Shown: positions 38,736-51,321, counted from the whole stretch's first letter. The stretch: 62,652 bases of DNA, filler included, from Rhabdomonas costata (GCA_019059605.1; 42 parts of 42 records of this genome joined end to end with filler, not necessarily neighbours in it); one strand, 5' to 3'. Notes: generated from the letters alone by a model not told the origin. Numbers and translations: made by a program.

Positions 38736-39069
38736 GGGCCCCCTCCGCCNNNNNNNNNNNNNNNNNNNNNNNNNNNNNNNNNNNNNNNNNNNNTTAATTA
38801 ATTAANNNNNNNNNNNNNNNNNNNNNNNNNNNNNNNNNNNNNNNNNNNNTTTGAAAAAAAAAATAGGAGCAAGTATCGGTAATTCGAAACAGAAACAATC
38901 CAAATCAATAGTGGGTGCAAACTTTTGGGTGGAAAACTCTGCAAACAACGGCTGGTCAGTCCGCTGGAGATTGACCTAAACACAGATTCGCGCTGATGTC
39001 TTCTCATTCAGGATTGCAGGTGGCCGTCATAAAATAGTCGTTGTGGAGTTAGCGGGGGGCTTCTCGCAG

Positions 39070-39964
39070 AACGCTCGGCTGGCGCAGGACAAGGAGAGCC
39101 TTGGCGAGGAGCTGCAGCGGCTGAGTCGCGAGCTGGCTGCGCTGCATAGCGAAAAGGGTGCCCTTGCCGCAGCGTTGGCCGGTACCTGCGCGAGGGAAGA
39201 TAGTGATCATGTTTCCCCCCGGAAGGGATGCCCCAAATGCGTGAAGGACCTCACGTTGGTTTTTATAGACTCAACGGTGCTACCGGTTAATTTCTATGCC
39301 TTTCTGCTGTTTTGGTGCGTTCCCGCGTTTTGCGAGATGGGTGTTTCTTCATCTTCACCTTTTGGCGCTTGCTTTTGCACTTGAATTTGATATTGAATTG
39401 CACTTTAACATGTGACCACCAGCATGTCACCAAAAAAAAACTGTCAGGAAAGGGTTTCGTGTCGTGATATATGGTATCACCACACACTCGCTTTCTCAGC
39501 TCTACTTGTTCTCTCACCAATCTCGCCGAGCATTCGGCATATTGTTGGCTTTGGTATTCCTCTTTCTCTGGTGAACTGCGCAGGCAGCAAGAAGGACGTA
39601 GAGGGCCTGAAGGCTGACCTGCAGGGCGGAATGCTGCGCCTGTTGGACTCCGAGAGGTTGCTTCGCCGTCTTTGGGGCCTGTGTGCATAAGTTCGCTTTC
39701 GTCGTTGCCAGTGGTCCTCCTCCTCACTTTGATGCATCAGTGCATCAGCGCGACCATTTCTGGAGAGCAGGAGGTGCTTATCATGACTTGCGGCGCAGGA
39801 AGTCGCATGCGATAAATGAGTTACCTCCTCCCGCACCCGCACCGCTCAGACTGATAAAGGCGAAAGAGGAGCAGGTCCGGCAGGTGGCGCAGTCCTTCCA
39901 GCAGCTGCAGCTGGAGAAGGACAACCTCGAGGCCACCCTTAGGCGGCTCCGTGGGGACTTGCAG
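39070..39964 (+). CDS. Coiled-coil protein, three exons
   Basis: Exons 39070-39181, 39584-39656 and 39850-about 39964 splice in phase, with L/E/Q/K heptads. Confidence 0.8.
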
Positions 39965-41873
39965 GCCTGTGTGTATGTGTTTGGGAGAACCAATCCACTG
40001 CGTGCACACACATTTGTCTTTTATCTTCCCAGTGTGTGGGTGGTTCCCAGGATGAGGAAGCATCGCGGCTCGAAGAGAGCGGGCCTCAAAACAGCAGTTG
40101 GCTCCTGTTGGGAGGAGCGGTCTTTTCTCGCCACTTGTGCTCCCCTTTCTTCTCATGACATTCACGTGACCACCCGCCACCTTTCCGTTTTCGCCACATC
40201 GAGGGAATTTTGGATGCCTTTCCGACCCACCCCCCTCTTCCTCNNNNNNNNNNNNNNNNNNNNNNNNNNNNNNNNNNNNNNNNNNNNTTAATTAATTAAN
40301 NNNNNNNNNNNNNNNNNNNNNNNNNNNNNNNNNNNNNNNNNNNGGGTGGGTGTCCGTATAATGGGGTATTATGGCAATTATACCATAATAACATTATATT
40401 ATAAGAGTATATATACCACACTATAACTATATCATAGTATAACAAGGCTATAACAGGCGATCATAGCTATTGTACACAATATACATGCGGGGGTTTAGGA
40501 GGCGACGAACGCGTCCCCTAGAGTCATCACGCGGGAACCACACACAAACACACACACTTTTTGGGTTGTGGTTGTATGTCGGAAGAATTTCACCAAACAA
40601 GAGACAAAACGAGCTCAAAACAGCTCAGCTCAGTGCGAAGCAGCTTCCCCTCGACAGGCGCTTGCCGCAGCCAACGCCACAACTATGAAGGATAGCTGGG
40701 GTGATTCGCGAATGCGTAGGCTCGGCGACAGGAGGTGATAAAGCCGGGCGTGCCAGCGGAGGGATTCAGCCGGATCATATCAGACAATCCGGACACCAGC
40801 TGGGGAAGCCTGGAATCAGCGCGACACTGCCATGCTGTCACGTCATGGGACTTGTCGGCATCACACGGGAAGCTAGTACTCACTTCGGGGGAGGCTTAAT
40901 GCAAAGAACCACCTCAAGCATGAGCTGTTGCCGAGAAGCCCTCAGCTTCACCGGCATCCATAGCAGCGGATACTACCCATCCGCTCGGTGAAGCACAGAC
41001 GGCACCGAGGAGGGAGTGCACGCGACGAAAAATGGTACCGCGCCGTAGGGCCTGAAAATTCCCCAAGCTGTCTCCCCACCAACGTCCCTTTTCTCTTCCC
41101 TTTTCTCTCTGTCCTACTCTCGCACATAACCCCCCACCTCAATTACAGCCCAGTGCATCCATAGTCACGTCACCCAAAACCGCGCATACACAAAACCGCG
41201 CAGATTTCCCTTCGATTTCGGTTGCTTCAGTTGCGAAGCATCCCACGAGTCCCATAAGACCACCTCCACCCCTCAGTCGCAATGAACCCGACGAAGAGCG
41301 TCCAAGGCAGGCAGAGATGGTGCCTTGCTGATGATGACCCCACCACTCCGACCGACGGTCGAAACTCCAGTCGCTCCAGTAAGACGTCAGATCATTCAGC
41401 TGCTCAACTCACAGTCCACCCCTTTCACCTCACCTACACTCTCCACCACCCTCCGGTGCTCAACCGCATGTTGATGATTACTCTGGCATTTCTGTTGCCC
41501 TCTTCCTTACGCACCTTCACATACTCTACTGTTTGGCAAATAAGGCATGATGAGGGGCAAGACTGCCTGTGTGGTGCGGTTGATATTGTGCGCCGTGAGA
41601 GTGTGCTTGCGTCGGGGAAACCGATAGGCAGCACACTAAAGAGCAAGAGGGCCAGTCGCGCATTCAGGTTGCGCCGTCTGAGTAGTTCCCACATGAGTTC
41701 ACTCACTAAACCTTCTCTCAATAAGTACCCCACCACANNNNNNNNNNNNNNNNNNNNNNNNNNNNNNNNNNNNNNNNNNNNTTAATTAATTAANNNNNNN
41801 NNNNNNNNNNNNNNNNNNNNNNNNNNNNNNNNNNNNNGGCCTTGAGGGGTTCCGGGTATGGTGGTACCTTGGT

Positions 41874-41909
41874 ATGCTATATTCCTGCCGGCTCATACGC
41901 CTCGCCTAT
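41874..41909 (+). pseudogene. Short nad5-like fragment
   Basis: MLYSCRLIRLAY resembles the Nad5/NuoL YSxRL motif; 12 codons only. Confidence 0.35.
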
Positions 41910-42166
41910 AGCGTCCCTGGGCAGCAAAGGAGGGTCCTTCAAGTGGCCCTATCTAGCCTAGCTCGCACAGCCCCACACCCGCACCATGGCACACCCGGCC
42001 CCCACTTGTGGGGGGTTCCCACTCATGCCTGGGCCATGGGGTGTGGGTTGCGAGTCTGAGGGTCACGTGAGGGTCAAGGTGTGGGGTTTCGAGTTTCAGT
42101 CGTGGGTCTGGAGGTTGGGTCGGAGGTGTGGCTGCTGTGGAGGTGTCGTGTGGGGCGTGTTTCAAG

Positions 42167-42223
42167 GTGCTGGGTGGATTGGTGAAGCTCTCTGTGGTTC
42201 CGTTGCATGTGTGGCTGGGTAAG
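42167..42223 (+). pseudogene. Short nad4-like fragment
   Basis: VLGGLVKLSVVPLHVWLGK matches the Nad4/NuoM VK-x4-P-x-H-x-W-L-x-K motif; similarity stops before the expected HVEAP. Confidence 0.6.
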
Positions 42224-42620
42224 ACCCTAAGGTGGTACGCTCACCCATAGTTCCCTCCACCGCCACAAGGCGGTTCACTCCGACCTTGGCGAAGCCGTAG
42301 AGCAACCCCTCAGTTAGGGTTACGGTTGGGTTCGGGTCAGCATGGTGTGGCAATGCCTGTGAGCCCCAGGGAGTCTGGCGCTGCATCACCATCCCGTAGG
42401 AGGCTGGGTGCAGGACTTAACGCAGAGGGTAGAACCGTACGTATACGGTAGAACCACCGTTGAGGAACCCACTTGCGGTAGTACTAGCGGTTGGTCACAG
42501 CAGTCCTACCCACTGTTGGTTGCATACCGATGTTGGAATCGCACCACAGCTGACAAGGATGCTCTCGACCCACTCCCTACACCCTATGCCATGGTGGTTG
42601 AGGCGACACACCTGGTAGTC

Positions 42621-42665
42621 GAGATGGCGGTAAAGGTACATGAGTATCAATGATGCACCGTAGGA
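42621..42665 (-). pseudogene. Short cob-like fragment
   Basis: SYGASLILMYLYRHL has the spacing of cytochrome b helix B, GAS-x6-Y-x-H. Confidence 0.4.
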
Positions 42666-44825
42666 CCGCTCCAAGCACCAGATGTCAGCAAAGCCCCAAG
42701 GCGACAAACTCCGAAGTGGAGCCCGCCGAGGGCGACATGCAACATCCATCCCCATTCCCACCTCCGGTGGTGAGAGCGTAGAAGGTGAAGGGTGATGTTG
42801 ACATGAAGGCTGTGCGTGACCCTGGTACTTGATGCCAATCCCACCTCAACGTAGAGTGGAAGGGTGACTCAGGGTGAAAGGTACGCCTCGATGCAAGGGT
42901 GTCAAGGGGTGCCGCGTAACGATGCTGAGATGCCCTACCCTTCACCCTTCGCACGCAACCCTGACACCGTGACCCTCACCTTCCACACACCGATCCTGAC
43001 ACCCACACCGTGACCCTCCATCCCACCCACCGACCTCTGACGACTGAAGCGCGAAACCCCGACCCTCTGACCCTGCGATCCAAACCGTCACCTCACCACC
43101 CACCCTCCGATCCAAACCCTCGCACCGAACCCCTGACCCTCACCTCCAACCTCTCTGTCAATCCCACGTCAATCACGCACCCTAAGCACCTTCCCCACCT
43201 TCCGACCCTCCAGCCAACGTCACGAAACCCANNNNNNNNNNNNNNNNNNNNNNNNNNNNNNNNNNNNNNNNNNNNTTAATTAATTAANNNNNNNNNNNNN
43301 NNNNNNNNNNNNNNNNNNNNNNNNNNNNNNNGTTTTTGTGGTGGATCGCTGAGCTTCAGTCCAGTCATCAGTTGTAGATTGACTTTCAATACGAAAGACA
43401 GCACAGAGGAAGCGTTCCATTTGCGGGAAAGTCTGATTCAAAAAATAAAAGGCACTTCACGCAAATGGAACGCTTCCTCTGTGCTGTCTTTCGTATTGAA
43501 AGTCAATCTACAACTGATGACTGGACTGAAGCTCAGCGATCCACCTCAAAAAAACCATTGAAACTGGGAGGAAGGTTTCATCGCTCTAAGCTCTGTGATC
43601 TGTTGGCAAGAGCAGTGGCCCGGAAAAGAGGCGAACCTGACACAGACTGACACGGAGGCTGGGATAACGTACAGACCTTCCAACTTTTTCATTCAGTTAG
43701 CACGCATCAAATGAACTCAATAAAATATGGGCGTGCGTCAGAAAACGATTTCAACACATGCTCAACCTCATTGCACGTTTTCTCCTTTCAGAAAAGAAAG
43801 CAGAGGCGAGTCAAAAAGGTAAAAGGTAAGTGAGTGTAAAGATCTTCTCGTGGGTTTGATGTTGCAGGAATTGCCCGAAGCCGACTTTCCAATGGTAAGA
43901 TTTGGGTGCTTGAAATGCCACGTCCCATGAACCGGCCCCCTAACAACAGCCACGAAGCCATTCCTGGTAGATTTAGTAACGGCAGGCAACGACCGCATCA
44001 TCGCAATCACCGCATCACTTTCTCCTTGCCCCGGATCCTGAACAGCCCTTCACTAAAGTACACAGGGACCCCAGCAGAAGCTGGGGTAGTTGATTTGTAC
44101 AGATCACTCGTAGCACAGGCAGAGGGCATCCAAAGCGCCACCGCAGTACCCTTTCCACCAGCTTCTGTTCAGTGCGTAACGTAACGGGATCAGTAACGAC
44201 CAAAAAATACAAGCGCCGCCCGCGGCGGCCTTTCTGCACATAAATCCTCGGAAAGGTCACCACACGCCTTCTTCGCACCGTTCGAGCGCTTGAAGATCAA
44301 AACGGCCCCATGCCAGAGGTCACGTGCAGCAGGCCGGGCAGACTCATGGCGGAACCCCCATGGAGCCCAAGGAAGTGCTGGAACACCTGCAGCACAGCAG
44401 AATCAGCTCTAAGTAGACGCCGAACAACGCCAACGTCGGGAGACGGGACGCGCAGCCAGCTTCTTTGGGAGTCCACGTTCTACTTTCCTGGCCAACTTGG
44501 TTCGCCTTGCAAAGGACAATGCGCAAACACATTTCCCGAATTAGCGTTTCGCTTTGTTTCCCTTGGTCCCGCTTTTCTCGTGTGCTGTGATGTGTCGCTG
44601 TTCTCACATAGGGACCACATCGAACCACTGAATGCAACTGAATGGGGACAACGGTTTCCAATTACAGTTGCATTCAGTGGTTCGATGTGGTCCCTATGTG
44701 AGAACAGCGACACATCACAACCCCCNNNNNNNNNNNNNNNNNNNNNNNNNNNNNNNNNNNNNNNNNNNNTTAATTAATTAANNNNNNNNNNNNNNNNNNN
44801 NNNNNNNNNNNNNNNNNNNNNNNNN

Positions 44826-45510
44826 GCCTCTGCTGGGGCCGGCTGGAATGCTGACTTGCGGGTGTTCCTCGACCACCTCCTCCTCCTTTTCCACCTCGTC
44901 CTCCTCGTGCGGAAAGCGGGGATGCACGGCCTCCACTCGGGTTCTTGTGCACGTCCCCGTCCACGGAGAGATCCCTCCCCCACAGCGAAGCTTGCGGAGC
45001 ATCAGCCTGCGATGTGGAACTGGAAGGCTGGCCTGGCTGCACCGCTTGGCTACGTTGAGAGCGGGACCTGCGCTCCTGCTGGCCTCTGCTTCTGCTTCTG
45101 CCTTGAAGGTCCGCTTGCTCACCACGTACACCAGACCCTTCCACTTGGGGGTCCAGCTCATCCATATCTCCTTTCTTTTGCTCGCCGTGGGGGCTCGGCG
45201 ATAATCTTCGTATTCTTGGTTGAGTTTGTCCCCCCACAGGGCCATGGGGGTACCTGCCCCGCGGTACTTCTTGCTGGTGGATGGGGACCGCTTGCTTGAG
45301 GTGGGAGGGTAGTCTTGGCTGGCTCTCTTCGCTGGGGATGGCCTCCGCATCGTGCATCGGCAACTTCCAGGCGTCAGGCTCTTCACTGGAGCTTCCGCTG
45401 TTTGTCTTGGCCCACACCGGCCACTACTAGCCAGATTTCTCCCAACTAGAGGGCCCGGCCCCTCACTCGGCTGCGGTAGGGGAATGTGTTCGATGTTTGC
45501 TGCTGTTTGC
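44826..45510 (-). CDS. Hypothetical protein, long exon
   Basis: Open frame of about 228 codons after a TTCTTGCAG acceptor; no recognised domain. Confidence 0.4.
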
Positions 45511-47815
45511 TGCAAGAACGATAATGGGACAATGTCCTTCTCACTGGACTTTCTGTATTTGTTTTATTGTATTTGTTTTGAAAAAAACAATTTTGAATAT
45601 CTTTTGTATTTCACCTTTCCTTGGTGTTTCAGAAGCTTACTTCGGTGAATTTGCCCATTGCCCGGGAAGGACGCCAGGAGCTGCCACACAAAAAGGGCAG
45701 AGTTATTTTACTGGCGAAGGCCAGAGCCCCGGCCGCCAGAGCTGGTGGCTTGGAGGACTGAGGGAGCTATGTGCCCCGAAAGTAACACGTAGGGGTTTTT
45801 TCTGGCGTATTGTTTCACGTCATTAAACTGTTTAACAACTTTAACGGTTTAACACCACCCACCCCAAAATGCATCGGACCGCTCCCCGAGTCCAAGGCAT
45901 GAGGAATTTTAGCTGTCTTCTTTGATGGGCATAGCGAGACGGGGTTTTTTATTCATCCGGTTAAGTATGTTAAGTGCCCCCCTCCCGCTTTATAGCGTTG
46001 CTATAAAGTAATGCAGGGAGCCGCCGGAAAAGAGCAGCTGCGCGGCAAAGGCCCGGGACCCGTGGGGCAGAAGGGAGGTTAACATATGTGGAACGTTCGG
46101 TGGTGAGCAGGTGCCGGTTCCGCACATCACCTCTCGCGAGCACCCGTGGCCAACAGTGCGTGCGCCCGTCAGTCCACAGTCGTCACCAAAAACCAAGCAA
46201 CGATCAAACAGGCAACACCNNNNNNNNNNNNNNNNNNNNNNNNNNNNNNNNNNNNNNNNNNNNTTAATTAATTAANNNNNNNNNNNNNNNNNNNNNNNNN
46301 NNNNNNNNNNNNNNNNNNNTGGTGGCAGCAATCACCGCTACAGGAGCACTGTGCCCCCCGCTCTCCCTGCTGTTTAACTTGCAGCTTCCGACGATGTGCG
46401 CTGTAGGCTGCACGTGTTAGTTGTGGCTTAGTGTTCTTTTCTTTTGCAGCGCTTTTGTTCATGTAATCGTGTGGTTGGTTGGTCTGTGGTTGGTCTGGTT
46501 GGGTGCCCTGCCATCCCACAGGCTAGGCTGCCCCCTCCCTTTTATAGAGCCGCCCGCTTCCGTCGCCTTTGCCGCACTTGCATTGCTGTGCGAAATGGTC
46601 AATGTGGGCGTGTTTTTCTTTGGGTGAGGCTGACGAGTTTCGGGAGGTTTTTTCGTGCTGGAGTGGGATGTTGGAGTTGAAGGTGATTAGGGGTTTCGGG
46701 CCGACAAAGTAAGGGATCGACGCGTTCCATCTGGTGGCAGAAAATCCCTTCCTGCGTGTGCCGAAGTGTCGGTTGGTGTTTTGTTTGTGTAGTTTGTGCT
46801 TGGTGCTTTTCATTTACCGCTTGTATTTTGGCCTGGGGCGGTTTCTTCGGCGCGTGCTCCTCTCCTCTTGAATTGCCTGCGCCGCTGTGAGATTCGTGGG
46901 ACGATCAGAATCCCTCTGTCTCCCTCCCTGGTTCCCTCGGCTGCTCATGGTGCAACAGGGTCAAGAATCCCACTTGCCCGTTTTTGCGCCTGTTTTGTTT
47001 TGGCTCGCATGCGTTCACCTTTTTCTTTGGTAGAAAATAGGTCGAGGGGCGGAGAAGTAGGCTGAGGGATTCCTTGCGTTGAGCTCAGTCTGCTCTTTCA
47101 GACTTTGGTTCTCATGAAAAGCCCTCGCCATCCTGCTGGCACTATTGTGGTTGCCAATGCTCCACACAGTCTTCCGCTCCGCCGGTTGGACTTCGATCGC
47201 GTTTTTTTTCCGGGCACCCCAGTTTTGCTTGCTACCTGTGAGTGCGTTCTCTTTTGCGCTGCATCCATTGTTTGGGTTGGTATTTGGTGGATAAGTGGAC
47301 AATCGATCTATGAAGGCAATGGAACGGCAGGTTGCGAAGTAACGTTCATACCCATGTCGATAGGAACTATGCTTTCATCCTGTGCTTCGCAAGAATGATT
47401 TTGCCCTATCCGAGCTACAAATTCGATGATTCACGGTCGCATGGACTGGCTCGCGTGGAATTGGAATGAACGAGAATGAGGAGGAGAGTGCTGCACCGAG
47501 TTTTCCAAAATCTGTGCAGGGGGGAGGGGACGCGAGCCCAGCGACCGCTTGGGCCATATTCAAACGGGAGGCTGTAGCTAAGGCCCAAGAAACCCGATAG
47601 GTATGCACACGTTGCCAATGATGGGTTTGATCTTCTTCTCCAGGTCGCGGTTGTCTCCTCCGCCCTGCAACCTGAGCCAACCCCACTCCACTTTTCCAAC
47701 ATCACATTGTAGGNNNNNNNNNNNNNNNNNNNNNNNNNNNNNNNNNNNNNNNNNNNNTTAATTAATTAANNNNNNNNNNNNNNNNNNNNNNNNNNNNNNN
47801 NNNNNNNNNNNNNGT

Positions 47816-48869
47816 GTGGTAATGCTTGTGGCCAGCGCGCTGTGCAAGCTTAACGCGTTCCTGGGCACGGACATCCTGATCAGCTCGAACACGTGGCGGG
47901 ATGTCAAGGAGAAGTTTGTGGCGAAGATTGTGTGTTTTGCCCTTTTGCTGGCCATTAAGTTCTGGGGATATAGCGCCAGTTTATGTGTTTAGACCTTTCA
48001 TTGTTGGCGCCCCTGATGAACTTGTTAGCTAGACATTGACTTCAACTTTAACTTTAACTTTAACTTTAACTTTAACTTTAAGCGATCGTCAAATTTTCCA
48101 TTATCTTGATCCTTTGCTCGTTTACATAAAGGTGGGGACAGAGAGAGTTGAAGGATAATCAAGAATCCGACTCAGCGGGACTCCAACCTCCCACACAACC
48201 ACTCCTAAGTATTTCATCATTCCTCACCCAAAGAGTGAGAAAGAGACTTGCAGCGGTGAAGAGTTGCTTGCAGTTGTGTCTCCTAAATGAAGAACGGGCT
48301 GTGCAGCACCTCTCACTTTTTCCCCAATGCTGTTTGACAGCTCATATTTCACATGCGCTCTTCGTCGTTTGGGCAGACTTTCCTCTCTGTTTTGTGCTTA
48401 CAGGTGGCTCAGGTGGACCTCTCGTGCACGGAGCCCGAAGAGGAGATAGCTGTGGAGGGGCTCGACCGGATTGCTACGGGAGACTCCATCAGCTCCCCAA
48501 CCTCCGCTTCCATTACCCCTGCGGCGGTTGCCCGCAGACTCTCCCGCGCCGTCACACTCTCTGCACTGTGCCGCGCGGGCACTGTCTCTCTGACCAACGC
48601 GGCGGAGGTGTGCTGTGTATCTGTGGTGAATGTGTGCAGTACCGTGACGTGCACCATCCAGGGCATGCCCAGTCTAACGCGGTGCCAACAGTGTCAACGA
48701 CGGTTCATCAGACAAACAGACGGACTGCAGACAGTGGCTCAAACGCGATGATTGGCGATGCAGAAAGGTTGTGACTTAGCAGTCGAGGTGCAATACCCCT
48801 GACGCTGGTTCGCGGCTCCCGCAGGTGATACCAGGGGTTTACGTCCCCATTCGCAAACCTCCAAAATGA
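47816..48869 (+). CDS. C-terminal part of a class III cyclase domain with degenerate catalytic residues
   Basis: Exon ...-47929 VVMLVASALCKLNAFLGTDILISSNTWRDVKEKFVAKI matches VNxAxRLxxLNxxxGTxILIS; exon 48404-about 48550 VAQVDL...; likely last exon 48825-48869 VIPGVYVPIRKPPK-stop. Confidence 0.75.
48045..48080. repeat. (AACTTT)n microsatellite
   Basis: About six tandem copies. Confidence 0.92.
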
Positions 48870-49538
48870 GAATTCAAGGTCACGCACCGGGATGCTACAG
48901 CGAGCCGGTTGGGTTCGTCCTTCTCAAGGGGGCGGTGCGTGGGGCATGATGTCATTGGCCTCGGTGGGAGCCACTCGGTCCTCTGTGGCATGACCCACAC
49001 CTTCAAGCAAAAATGGGCAGGCTGTTGTTGTGGAAGAGGTGATCTATGAAGGTTCCAAGGGTGCACTGATAGCGGTGGGGTACCGCGCCATTCTTCGGAG
49101 TGCAGATGCGCACGCGACCACGGCCACACAAACCGAAAAGGACGGACTGGGAGGTCACCGGCTGGGAATGGAAATAGTACTGCACGCCCATCGGAAACGC
49201 CGAGTTCCCNNNNNNNNNNNNNNNNNNNNNNNNNNNNNNNNNNNNNNNNNNNNTTAATTAATTAANNNNNNNNNNNNNNNNNNNNNNNNNNNNNNNNNNN
49301 NNNNNNNNNTTTCGTGCTAATACAGCACCTCCCGTTCCTCTCCTCGTCGTTGCTTTCACTTTCCATGCTTCACCACCTTCCATTCCTGACATCTCTTGTG
49401 GCTAGCAGAATTTTTTTGCTTGGTTTTCCGGCGATTCTTGTTTTGTGTTTGCGCACTTTGTGCCGTTGTGCTCTCTGGCCTTCCGACCCCTGATCCTGCG
49501 TTGCATGGTTTTGATGAAAATAATGCGCTTTCCCACAG

Positions 49539-50397
49539 GACTTCTGCTCCCTAGCAGTGATGTGGACCTCTGCGTGACTGGGGTCACGTCTTGCTCCATT
49601 CGTGACGCGCTGAACAGGTCCCAGGGAATGCTTTCTTTGAACTGACCTCCCTGCATGGTCCTGTTCAACGTTAAGACGCGAAGTGGGGCGGTTTCCCGGA
49701 ACCTTTTTGTTTTATCCCGGAAAATTGCATGAGTTTATAGTTTGTTGTAGACAAACGATTTTTTTTTGGTAAAATAACTCCCCAATGGCTCAGTGTGAGG
49801 TCGATTCCACTTTTCGAAATCGCGCTGTACAGGATCAGTGCTCGGTTAGAGACCCTGGAGCTGTGCCTGGAGAAGCCCAAGGTTATCGATGCCCGGGTTA
49901 GCGTGGTGAAATTCACCGATCGCACCAGCAAGATCCTGTGTGACGTTAGCGTAAACAGCATCGGAGGCCGCCACAACACCCACATGGTGTGCCTGCCTTG
50001 CCTTTGCTGGGCCATGCAAAGCATGCACCGTTTAAAGTCGCCCTCTCAATTCGAAAGGTTTGGAACTAAAGGATGGCAACTCCACTCGATTCGAAGATTT
50101 GAAGCACAGGCAGACAGAGGAAGAAAATGCTTGTGGTGTCACCAAACCCCGTGCGGTTTTTCGCACCTCACACTCCTGGAGAGTAGCCGCGGTTGCCCCC
50201 ACCTTCACCTTAAGCCTTAAAGCCATGCATTCGCTGCCAATGTGTCTCTTGCGAGTTGTGCCTTTAAGGTGAAACGGCTGCTGGCGAAGTATCCCCAGGC
50301 CACCCCTTTGATCCTGATCATAAAAACCTTCTTGAGGCAGCGCGTGATGAATGAGGTGTACATCGGTGGGCTCAGCTCCTACTCCATCTCCTTGATG
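49539..50397 (+). CDS. Non-canonical poly(A) polymerase, TRF4/PAPD5-like
   Basis: Exons 49539-49617, 49833-49986 and 50269-50397 in phase: GLLLPSSDVDL...ARVSVVKF...CDVSVN...LIIKTFLRQRVMNEVYIGGLSSYSISLM. Confidence 0.95.
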
Positions 50398-51276
50398 GTA
50401 CAGTCTGTAATTTTTGGCGATTATCATGTTTGAAATCGATTCCCGAAGATTTTTTGAGCTTCTTTAATTGATTACCATTACCTTCTTCTTTAATTCTTCG
50501 ATTGCCACGGAATCCTAATGGTACTCCTCTTTTACCGTTCTCCCGCAGAGGCGAATGCAAGCCTATTTCTGGCAGCTCGTTTTCTAGCTTTTTTCTGTTT
50601 GGGAGGGTGCTCTCCCATTTCTGGTACTCCGTGAAGTGTGACCGTGCATTTTTGTGATCGCTTGTTCCAGAAATGGGAGAGCACCCTCCCAAACAGAAAA
50701 AAANNNNNNNNNNNNNNNNNNNNNNNNNNNNNNNNNNNNNNNNNNNNTTAATTAATTAANNNNNNNNNNNNNNNNNNNNNNNNNNNNNNNNNNNNNNNNN
50801 NNNTTACTCATGTTGACAATTTATGATGTCTTGGACCTCTGCAATGATGAAAAAAGCTTCGGGAGTGGCTGAAAGGTTACGGAGTTCTCCGAGATCCTCC
50901 TTCTAAGTGCTCAAAATGTGGCTCTGACCTCAAGCCCAGTGTGTATAGGGGCAAGCCTGGTCTGGTGTGTGGAGAGCCAACCTGCGTGGAAAGGACCCTT
51001 TCCTCACTTTGATGGAGCACATTCGTGACGGGCATTTCCAGTGATGTGTGCTTTTATTTCTCTCGCAGGGAGTTAGGAAGCCTTGGCTGTGTCCCGTAGG
51101 ACAAGATATTTCTTCTCGCAGGGGGTTAGGAAGCCTTGCCCGTGTCCCCTAGAAAAAGGGTCACTGCGAAAGTTATGCCGTTTAGTTATTTATTGGGCTC
51201 TCCAGAGCGTGCGTACAAGGCTGAGGGTCGAAAACTCCACGCAGTCCCAGGAGGCAGCCCAGACCCACGCACACTG

Positions 51277-51311
<35 letters not shown>

Positions 51312-51321
51312 CACACCACAC

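Noticed and set aside
42820-42866. CCCTGG...GATGCC...CCACCTCAACGT...AGGGT resembles, from memory, the trypanosomatid ingi/L1Tc 77-79 nt signature (HDV-like ribozyme)
   Set aside because: The P1/P3 pairings and downstream catalytic strand could not be built with correct spacing. Probably chance, though an Infernal search would settle it.
43340-44719. Perfect hairpins at both ends of one contig (43340-43544 and 44587-44719), suggesting a hairpin-ended linear replicon
   Set aside because: The two hairpins are unrelated in sequence and the same pattern occurs at many other contig ends; artefact.
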